In this document: positions 38,001 through 50,000 of the stretch, piece after piece
Layout: every line of letters begins with the position of its first letter
How positions within the stretch are numbered: position 1 is the first letter of the stretch
Assembly (NCBI RefSeq): GCF_037042905.1
Contig: NC_087250.1
Coordinates: 28,212,001 to 28,276,000, forward strand
Direction of reading: 5' to 3'
Source: Lytechinus pictus
Lineage: Eukaryota
DNA length: 64,000 nucleotides
Program-made: the position numbers and the translations under genes
The notes under the pieces: generated by a model
The model's database searches: none
Told to the model about the DNA's origin: nothing
The model's input: the letters and a program-made list of their open reading frames with translations, nothing else

Positions 38001-41000
38001 AGGTGAGTGACCTTTGTAAAAAACACACATACCCATCTATCACACATTACAAGATAAAGAAGAGCTTTTTATAAACCTACCTATCGATTGCACATTACAA
38101 GATAAAACAGACCTTCTTTCAGAAAACCTTCCTATCGATTGCACATTACAAGATCAAACAGACCTTCTTTCACAAAACATACCTATCAATTGCACATTAC
38201 AAGATAAAACAGACCTTCTTTCAGGAAACCTTCCTATCAATTGCTCATTACAAGATAAAACAGAGCTTCTTTCAGAAAACCTTTATATCGATTGCACATT
38301 AGAAGATCAAACAGAGCTTCTTTCACAAAACCTTCATATCATCTGCACATTACAAGATCAAACAGACCTTCTTTCACAAAACCTTTTTATCAATCGCACA
38401 TTACAAGATCAAACAGACCTTCTTTCACAAAACCTTCATATCAATCGCACATTCCAAGATCAAACAGACCTTCTTTTTATACAAATTACCTATCAATTGC
38501 ACATTACAAGATCAAACAGACCTTCTTTCCGAAAACCTTTATATCAATTGCACATTAGAAGATCAAACAGAGCTTCTTTTACAACCTACCTATCAATCGC
38601 ACATTACAAGATCAAACAGACCTTCTTTCACAAAGCGTTCTTATCGATTGCACATTATAAGATCAAACCTCTAGGTATCTGTTAGTCTTATTTTCATTTG
38701 AAATACTACAATGATTTGACTTGCGAGCTAATTGGGATATAAACTTCACTAATGCAAGGTCTGTGCAATGGATTGATTTACCAGCTCCCAGTCTGCTTTG
38801 TGAATTGGCAAGTATGCAGAACAAAAAAAAAAAATGCCTTGGTCAATCCCTGTACAGATTCTCATACACTGCAAGAAAACTTGCAAGCAATTTTCTCGCG
38901 ATGACAGAAAAACCGCAGGATGACTTTCGATGTTTCGTGTGGTTTTCATTGCGGCGTTTCACGCAGTTTTATTCTATTTCAGAAAAAAACGCAGAAAACT
39001 GTACAATGCTTTTTTGCAAAGTGAGAATAGCCCAATGACTGCAAGTTTGTTGATGGTGACTATGAATAATTTTGCTTTTACAAATTTGAATAGCATTTTT
39101 GGTCATAAGAAAAAAGCTCTCAAAGTAAAGTATAGATCTATGTAAAAATATGCTATTCAAAAGACTGCATAACAGTCTTTCAAAAATGAGGAGCAAATTG
39201 CGATGCGATACCAGGAAAACTACTAGTATTCCCTGAAGCATGACCAATGCTTGTAGACTTACTGTGCCAGACACATCTAGCATTACAACAACAAAAAAAC
39301 AGAAGCTTTCAGCTGATAGGCTACTACATCACCTGCACATTCATTGACCTACCAGCAAACACAAAATTATAAATCTCTTTAACAGTTTTTATTATTGATC
39401 ACCTCTACAATCACCAGATACATGTAGCAGATGGTAAATGGAAAAACATCAGGGCTTTTTTTTTTAATCAGTAGCAAATCATATCAATTTTCGTTGTAAC
39501 TTGTGATATATTTCTTGCAATTTGTTAATTTATCTTGATCTTAATTGATTGATCATTGCCAATAAATTTGTCCTCATTTTGAAAGCTGTGAATCATGATG
39601 TGTTAAAAAGAATTTTGTAACCCAGTACATGAGCAGTGTTTTACTCTAGAAAATACCTGCAAGAAAACACTGGAACTTAGAATACATGTGATAAGTGATT
39701 GCATTGATCATTGATTAATATCCCATACATGTACAAACAATCAATCACATGATTTAAGCTTTGAAGGTTCAAGTGGGCTACAAACATGTACTGTATTGTG
39801 CATGTGTGCAGCTGATTCCCAAACTTACCAGCAAGTTTATTTCTTTGATCTGTTGGTTTCACTGAGAGTTACATGTAAACCAAACCACTGTGGTCCAGTG
39901 GTTAGAGCATTGTACTCATTATCGCAAGGTTGTGAGTTCAAATCCCCACTCTGCCATTGTTTCCACTTTCAAATTGATAAAAAGGCCCAAGAGTAGGCCT
40001 ATACATGTATCTGTCGTCTATATAAAGGTCAGCCACTATAAACCTACATGTAGACATACAATTTTTCCTAGGTAATTGGTTATATACCAGCTTGGTGTTT
40101 ACCAGCGAAATGCTATCCCGCCGAATCCTACGGGAGTTTCAATAAACTGAAACTGATTGACTGATGAATTTTTCTGGGATGCAACATGTAGGTATATGAT
40201 TCAGAAAAAAAGTGAACCAAGTCCAAAATAACATGCAGTATCTTGTGTTGTTCCTGAATAAAAATTGAATAAGTTTACAATAAAACATGCTCAAACAATG
40301 ATATCAATTGCAAATTGGTAACTTTTTATTTATGATTATTTGTAATACAAGTTCATTTTAAATTGTATATATCCAGATTTACCTTTTTAAAAATGTCAAT
40401 CATTGCCAATTTGAGGAGTAAAAGTAGATTATGAATAAAACCTGTTTAAAAAAAACACTTGTGCACCTCTAATACAGTAGTTGGTTTATACGAATTTGGA
40501 ATTCTGAAATATTGCTTTTCAACTGATATATATGGTATTTCTTTTGTTTTATTCTACATGTAGTGACCGTTGACTGTGCTGAAGCTATCAAGAAATGTAA
40601 TGTAGGCATTAAGTGTGCTACCATTACACCAGATGAAAAGAGAGTTGAAGGTAAGTCTACTTAAATTAATTCAGAAATCTGGTGATTTTGACTCCTGTTG
40701 CCCGTAACACAAAGCTACATTGTAAGTGATCATAGAACAATTCTCTACGATTGATTCCTTTGACTACAATGTACAATCAATCGTGAAAATCAAGCGTACG
40801 ATTAATCGCTAACCTTTGTGTTATGGGACCAAGATCAAAGGATTGTTTATTCAGGGTCCTGTAACACGGTTTTTAGCGATTAATCGTACACTTGATTTTC
40901 ACGATTGATTGTGTATTGTAGTCAATGGAATCAATCGTAGAAAAGTGTTTTTACGATCATTGCTTAGCTTTGTGTTATGGGCCCCTGATCATGTTGGAAT

Positions 41001-44000
41001 CACCATTGTGTTGGGGACAGATCTGAGACTTCTAACTTGATGGTATGAATGTGTAATACCCAAGATATAATTAAAGAAAATCAATCAAGGAAATAATCAA
41101 TCCACAATCAAATCAATCACTTCAACTCAGCATCAGTTAAACTTTCCCCAAAATTCACATTCAATCTGACAGGATGATATGGTTCAGTGACTATATGAAC
41201 AAGTCTGGTATATGGACCTCCCTACCTTGTGAATTTTTTAATACAAAGTTTGCTTGGAAAATATTGACCAATGTATTTCAAATATTGCAGGACAATGTGA
41301 TTTTCTGACTGAATTGTCACTGCAGTGTACAGTATGTATTTTGATGCACAGCCTTTATAAAATCAATCAAAATCTGAAGGAATAAAAAAATAGGTCTTAA
41401 AACTAGACTTTGCCCATTTTTACTGCATTTTACCTCCTGTTCCACAATTATGGAAATGAAAATAATTACTTAAAAAACATTTTTTTGTCTCTTTTTAAGA
41501 GTGTTATTGTATTTTTATTTTCATGGATGATGATGGGAATCATTGTTATCATTTGTACGATCGTTATTAATAATGATAATAAATAAATAAATAAATAAAA
41601 TAAAATAAATCAAAATAGCAATAAAAAGGGAATAATAATGATGATCATCATCATAGAGAGTTGTACATTATATAGTGCATGTCACATATAATTATAACTT
41701 CTCTATGTATTATTATTATTTACATGTACCTCACCTGGGTTGAATGCAGCACAGTGTGGATGAATTTCTTGCTGAAGGAAACAAAGCCATGGTTCGGATT
41801 TTAACCCGCAACCCATTATTATTAAATTGCCCAAAAGCTACCATGGTTAATTTGCACAATGGGAGAGAAACAAAGATTCCCCTGAATGTTTGGTGAACAA
41901 TGATTTCCAGTATTATTATCTAGTATTGTGCTATTATTGTTAAATTTAAATTCATAAATTTATATGTATATACATTTTCTTTGAATATAGAATTCAACCT
42001 AAAGAAGATGTGGAAATCCCCAAATGGAACAATTAGAAACATTCTTGGTGGTACGGTCTTCAGGGAAGCTATCATCTGCAAAAACATTCCAAGACTGGTA
42101 GTTACATGGAATAAACCTATTGTTATTGGGCGTCATGCACATGCCGATCAGGTGAGGATGGATGGATGGAAGGTTGGTTGGTTGGTTGGTTGGTTGGTTG
42201 GTTGGATGGATGGATGGATGGATGGATGGATGGATGGATGGATGGATGGATGGATGGATGGATGGATGGATGGATGGATGGATGGATGGATGGATGGATG
42301 GATGGAGATGGATGGATGGATGGATGGATGGATGGATGGATGGATGGATGGATGGATGGATGGATGGATGGATGGATGGATGGATGGATGGATGGATGGA
42401 TGGATGGATGGACAGATGGATGGATGGATGTACGGACAGATGGATGGATGGATGTATGGACAGATGGATGGATTGATGGGTGGATGGATGGATGGGTAGA
42501 TTGGTAGGTGGGTGGATGGATGGATCGGTGGGTGGATAGATTGATAGAGCAATGGATAGATGGATGGATGGATGAATGAGTGAATCGATAGATGAATGGA
42601 TGGACCAATGGGCAGATACTCTCCATCTTATTCTTAAAGACATCTTCTCTTCTCTTCCTTTCTAACAGTACAAAGCAACAGACTTTGTAGTTCCTGGCAA
42701 GGGAAAGATTGAACTAACCTACACACCAGAAGATGGAAGTGAACCCAAGTCATTCACTGTTCATAACTTTGTAGATGGAGGTGGCGTTGCCATGGGAATG
42801 TTCAATACTGACGTATCTATTCAGAACTTTGCTCATTGTTGTTTCCGCTATGCTCTAGATCGGGGCTATCCACTTTACCTCAGGTTAGTTGGCATTGAAT
42901 GTTAAATGGTAGCCTGTTTTATTATATTGAGCTATATTATAATCAGTGGTAATCTATTCATGTAAAAGGGTTAAAATCAGGCTCCCATCAAATATCATAA
43001 AATGGGTTTCCTTTGAATATCATATAAACGGGTTAACATTGAATTCAAAATTACTGGTTTACCATTGTATACATTGCATACAGGTTACCATTGAATAAGA
43101 TAGGGTTACCATGTGATTAACTGGGTTGCCATCCTTTGAATATGATATAATGAACAGGTTATCATCAATATATTGTAGATTTGATACCATTGAATACTGT
43201 ATTTTAAACAGTTTTCATTGACTAATTACATAACCAGGTTACAATTGAATGTGAAATATTAATCATGATAATAAACAAAATACAATTGAATATACAAGAC
43301 AAATACAATATAGGTTACCACTGAATATAATAGGTTGCCATTGAATATTTAATCCTGTAATTATTTATTGCTATGATATTTCATCCCTCCTCAGCACAAA
43401 GAATACGATTTTGAAACGTTACGATGGTCGGTTTAAGGACATATTCCAGGAGATCTACGAGACGACATACAGAAGTGACTATGAGGCGAAGAATCTCTGG
43501 TACGAGCACAGATTGATTGATGATATGGTAGCCTTCGCAATGAAGAATGAAGGAGGATTCGTCTGGGCTTGCAAGAATTATGATGGAGATGTACAGAGCG
43601 ATTCTGTAGCACAAGGTAATAATAATGACTATTATGATGGTAATGTAGAGAGTGATTCTGTAGGACAGGGTAATAATAATGACTATTATGATGGTAATGT
43701 AGAGAGAGTGATTCTGTAGGACAGGGTAATAATAATGACTATTATGATGGTAATGTAGAGAGAGTGATTCTGTAGGACAGGGTAATAATAATGACTATTA
43801 TGATGGTAATGTAGAGAGTGATTCTTTAGGACAGGGTAATAATAATGACTATTATGATGGTAATGTAGAGAGAGTGATTCTCTAGGACAGGGTAATAATA
43901 ATGACTATTATGATGGTAATGTAGAGAGTGATTCTGTAGGACAGGGTAATAATAATGACTATTATGATGGTAATGTAGAGAGTGATTCTGTAGGACAAGG

Positions 44001-47000
44001 TAATAATAATGACTATTATGATGGTAATGTAGAGAGAGTGATTCTGTAGGACAGGGTAATAATAATGACTATTATGATGGTAATGTACAAAGTGATTCTG
44101 TAGGACAAGGTAATAATAATGACTATTATGATGGTAATGTAGAGAGTGATTCTGTAGGACAGGGTAATAATAATGACTATTATGATGGTAATGTAGAGAG
44201 TGATTCTGTAGGACAAGGTAATAATAATGACTATTATGATGGTAATGTAGAGAGAGTGATTCTGTAGGACAGGGTAATAATAATGACTATTATGATGGTA
44301 ATGTACAAAGTGATTCTGTAGGACAAGGTAATAATAATGACTATTATGATGGTAATGTAGAGAGTGATTCTGTAGGACAGGGTAATAATAATGACTATTA
44401 TGATGGTAATGTAGAGAGTGATTCTGTAGGACAAGGTAATAATAATGACTATTATGATGGTAATGTAGAGAGAGTGATTCTGTAGGACAGGGTAATAATA
44501 ATGACTATTATGATGGTAATGTACAAAGTGATTCTGTAGGACAAGGTAATAATAATGACTATTATGATGGTAATGTAGAGAGTGATTCTGTAGGACAGGG
44601 TAATAATAATGACTATTATGATGGTAATGTAGAGAGTGATTCTGTAGGACAGGGTAATAATAATGACTATTATGATGGTAATGTAGAGAGAGTGATTCTG
44701 TAGGACAGGGTAATAATAATGACTATTATGATGGTAATGTACAAAGTGATTCTGTAGGACAAGGTAATAATAATGACTATTATGATGGTAATGTAGAGAG
44801 TGATTCTGTAGGACAGGGTAATAATAATGACTATTATGATGGTAATGTAGAGAGTGATTCTGTAGGACAGGGTAATAATAATGACTATTATGATGGTAAT
44901 GTAGAGAGAGTGATTCTGTAGGACAGGGTAATAATAATGACTATTATGATGGTAATGTACAAAGTGATTCTGTAGGACAAGGTAATAATAATGACTATTA
45001 TGATGGTAATGTAGAGAGTGATTCTGTAGGACAGGGTAATAATAATGACTATTATGATGGTAATGTAGAGAGTGATTCTGTAGGACAAGGTAATAATAAT
45101 GACTATTATGATGGTAATGTAGAGAGAGTGATTCTGTAGGACAGGGTAATAATAATGACTATTATGATGGTAATGTACAAAGTGATTCTGTAGGACAAGG
45201 TAATAATAATGACTATTATGATGGTAATGTAGAGAGTGATTCTGTAGGACAGGGTAATAATAATGACTATTATGATGGTAATGTAGAGAGAGTGATTCTG
45301 TAGGACAGGGTAATAATAATGACTATTATGATGGTAATGTACAAAGTGATTCTGTAGGACAAGGTAATAATAATGACTATTATGATGGTAATGTAGAGAG
45401 TGATTCTGTAGGACAGGGTAATAATAATGACTATTATGATGGTAATGTAGAGAGTGATTCTGTAGGACAAGGTAATAATAATGACTATTATGATGGTAAT
45501 GTAGAGAGAGTGATTCTGTAGGACAGGGTAATAATAATGACTATTATGATGGTAATGTACAAAGTGATTCTGTAGGACAAGGTAATAATAATGACTATTA
45601 TGATGGTAATGTAGAGAGTGATTCTGTAGGACAGGGTAATAATAATGACTATTATGATGGTAATGTAGAGAGTGATTCTGTAGGACAAGGTAATAATAAT
45701 GACTATTATGATGGTAATGTAGAGAGAGTGATTCTGTAGGACAGGGTAATAATAATGACTATTATGATGGTAATGTACAAAGTGATTCTGTAGGACAAGG
45801 TAATAATAATGACTATTATGATGGTAATGTAGAGAGTGATTCTGTAGGACAGGGTAATAATAATGACTATTATGATGGTAATGTAGAGAGTGATTCTGTA
45901 GGACAGGGTAATAATAATGACTATTATGATGGTAATGTAGAGAGAGTGATTCTGTAGGACAGGGTAATAATAATGACTATTATGATGGTAATGTACAAAG
46001 TGATTCTGTAGGACAAGGTAATAATAATGACTATTATGATGGTAATGTAGAGAGTGATTCTGTAGGACAGGGTAATAATAATGACTATTATGATGGTAAT
46101 GTAGAGAGTGATTCTGTAGGACAAGGTAATAATAATGACTATTATGATGGTAATGTAGAGAGAGTGATTCTGTAGGACAGGGTAATAATAATGACTATTA
46201 TGATGGTAATGTACAAAGTGATTCTGTAGGACAAGGTAATAATAATGACTATTATGATGGTAATGTAGAGAGTGATTCTGTAGGACAGGGTAATAATAAT
46301 GACTATTATGATGGTAATGTAGAGAGAGTGATTCTGTAGGACAAGGTAATAATAATGACTATTATGATGGTGATGTAGAGAGTGATTCTGTAGGACAGGG
46401 TAATAATAATGACTATTATGATGGTGATGTAGAGAGTGATTCTGTAGGACAGGGTAATAATAATGACTATTATGATGGTGATGTAGAGAGTGATTCTGTA
46501 GGACAGGGTAATAATAATGACTATTATGATGGTAATGTACAAAGTGATTCTGTAGCACAAGGTAATAATAATGACTATTATGATGGTAATGTAGAGAGTG
46601 ATTCTGTAGGACAGGGTAATAATAATGACTATTATGATGGTAATGTAGAGAGAGTGATTCTGTAGGACAGGGTAATAATAATGACTATTATGATGGTAAT
46701 GTACAAAGTGATTCTGTAGGACAAGGTAATAATAATGACTATTATGATGGTAATGTAGAGAGTGATTCTGTAGGACAGGGTAATAATATAGATATATGGA
46801 CTGCTTTGAGAGGCATGGTTGTTTCTAGAGGCTCAAGGGGACTGCAACGCGACTATGCCCGAGGGCTTTGCCCGAGGGCATGGTCTGGCCGGTGCAGTAC
46901 CCGCGAGCCGAAAGAAACAACCATGTCTCGAAAATAAAGGCAGTCCATATATATTTTATGAACCGAATTAAACGTTAGATCTAGTCTAGGTATAACTTAG

Positions 47001-50000
47001 GCTAGATCGTATCCAAATTAAGCCTAAAACTAAAGCCCTAGCCCAGGCTAACGTTAGGCCCAAATTATTTTTTAGGCCCTAACAGTTAGGCCTATATTTA
47101 TTTTAGGAACCAAATTAGGGTCTGAAACAGATCTAGATTCTACAGTAGATCTGACTGAGCCTTATTCTTAATCTCCAATAGAGTCTAACTTTAGATCTAA
47201 CGTTAGATCCAACTTAGGCCTAACTTACGTCAGATCTGACTTAGATTAAATGGAACATTTAATACGTCTAACTTAGTTAGTTAGATCTAGGCTATCATCT
47301 AGATCTAGAGGGTTACATCTAGATCTAGTTCTACTCTAGTCTTACTTCTGAGCTAACGTAGGCCTAAGTTAGATCATCACTTTTATTAGAGTTTTGTTTA
47401 GACCTTACGCCCCGACCCAGCTTAACGTTATCGTTTGTCATAATGGTACCTGGCTACAACGTTAGAAAGTGCAATGATGACTCAGCCGACTCACCTTTTG
47501 CGAGCATGCATTTGTTTTTTAATGAACAGTCAACTGCAACAATACTTGATGATTGATACATCTGTTATGTCCTTAATAAATTCGTCTTCTTTTCAATAAT
47601 GCCGTATTTTTTAACAGGAGTAAACAAGCAAAACTCAAAGATCGGCATCGTTCCATCGATATGTCATATCCGTTGCGCGCACTTGCGCAATAAGCGCGTA
47701 AATGCGCGAATTGTCTAAAACTTTCGATCAAATCGCGCGGATATTTATGGTATCCGCAATTACCGCAGGAAGCAACATTTTGCACGCAATCAAATGGAGA
47801 TCTCAGCCAAATTTTGCCATGCCCGTCGTTAAGGGGCGGGTCAGGGGGCAACGGGCAGAAATCTTGTTAACTATGCCCGTTGCCCTTGGTAACCACCTTA
47901 GTTTGTTGTTTTGCAGGCATGGTTGATTACATGACCTCAATTTCGACCAATCAGAGGAACGGATTATTCGACATTCTTAAAGAGAGGTTTATAATAATGA
48001 CTATTATGATGGTAATGTAGAGAGTGATTCTGTAGGACAGGGTAATAATAATGACTATTATGATGGTAATGTAGAGAGTGATTCTGTAGGACAGGGTAAT
48101 AATAATGACTATTATGATGGTAATGTACAAAGTGATTCTGTAGGACAAGGTAATAATAATGACTATTATGATGGTGATGTACAGAGTGATTCTGTAGGAC
48201 AGGGTAATAATAATGACTATTATGATGGTGATGTACAGAGTGATTCTGTAGGACAGGGTAATAATAATGACTATTATGATGGTGATGTAGAGAGTGATTC
48301 TGTAGGACAGGGTAATAATAATGACTATTATGATGGTGATGTACAGAGTGATTCTGTAGGACAGGGTAATAATAATGACTATTATGATGGTAATGTACAG
48401 AGTGATTCTGTAGGACAGGGTAATAATAATGACTATTATGATGGTGATGTAGAGAGTGATTCTGTAGGACAGGGTAATAATAATGACTATTATGATGGTG
48501 ATATACAGAGTGATTCTGTAGGACAAGGTAATAATAATGACTATTATGATGGTAATGTACAGAGTGATTCTGTAGGACAGGGTAATAATAATGACTATTA
48601 TGATGGTGATGTACAGAGTGATTCTGTAGGACAGGGTAATAATAATGACTATTATGATGGTAATGTACAAAGTGATTCTGTAGGACAGGGTAATAATAAT
48701 GACTATTATGATGGTGATGTACAGAGTGATTCTGTAGGACAAGGTAATAATAATGACTATTATGATGGTAATGTACAGAGTGATTCTGTAGGACAAGGTA
48801 ATAATAATGACTATTATGATGGTGATGTACAGAGTGATTCTGTAGGACAGGGTAATAATAATGACTATTATGATGGTAATGTAGAGAGTGATTCTGTAGG
48901 ACAGGGTAATAATAATGACTATTATGATGGTAATGTAGAGAGTGATTCTGTAGGACAGGGTAATAATAATGACTATTATGATGGTAATGTAGAGAGTGAT
49001 TCTGTAGGACAGGGTAATAATAATGACTATTATGATGGTAATGTAGAGAGTGATTCTGTAGGACAGGGTAATAATAATGACTATTATGATGGTAATGTAG
49101 AGAGTGATTCTGTAGGACAGGGTAATAATAATGACTATTATGATGGTGATGTACAGAGTGATTCTGTAGGACAGGGTAATAATAATGACTATTATGATGG
49201 TAATGTACAGAGTGATTCTGTAGGACAAGGTAATAATAATGACTAGTATGATGATGATGTACAGAGTGATTCTGTAGGACAGGGTAATAATAATGACTAT
49301 TATGATGGTGATATGGTTCATAACCACTAGTACATGCATGGTAGGTTGGTAACTTTGCCCTTATGGCAACTGCCGTGGTAACAGTGTTCAACAGCCATTC
49401 AGGTTTCAATGGTAGGTATTAACTGCATTTATGTTAAAATTAATTGTCAATCCTTATGAAAATTGACCATGGTCACATTAGAATTCTCAACCAATTTCTG
49501 ATAGAAAAAGTGAAGAACGAGTGCTTTTGAGGCTGCTGTCTTTGACATGATATAATCTTTATTTTGATATTGTTTATGGACCCCTGGGTACGATGATACC
49601 AAGGCCCGTAACACAAAGCTTAGCAATGTTCATAAAACACTTTTCTACGATTGATTGCATTGACTACAATGTACAATCAATCATGAAAATCAAGAGTATG
49701 ATCAATCGCTAACCTTTGTGGAATGGGACCCAGATCTGTCCTGATGGAGGAAGTGAAGAACGATTGCTTTGGAGGCTTCTTTCTTTGACATGGTAAATTC
49801 TTTATTTTGATATTGAGTTATACATGTAGATCTACATGTATTAATGAGTCTCTGCTAGTACTCTCTCATTCCCGAGTAATCCATCTTTGACATGATAGAT
49901 TAATATATTTATTTTGATATTAGGTTATGGATCCCTGGGTATGATGACGTCAGTTCTGATCTGTCCCGATGGAAGGACGATTGAGTCCGAGGCTGCTCAT

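Noticed and set aside
39885..39960. tRNA gene
   Set aside because: A and B boxes are present, but there is no clean acceptor stem or poly-T terminator and it continues into a SINE-like body.
41999..42643. MDGW/HPSI-repeat ORFs
   Set aside because: Translation of the (GGAT)n microsatellite; only 41991-42151 is coding.
43577..49313. CRISPR-like appearance of the regular array
   Set aside because: Units are head-to-tail with no unique spacers, there are no cas genes, the context is eukaryotic, and the unit derives from the exon.
47951..49409. 462-aa and 481-aa minus-strand ORFs (and the 66-138-aa ORFs at 44016-46560)
   Set aside because: Stop-free frames of the 54-bp tandem repeat, whose length is a multiple of 3; antisense within an IDH1 intron.
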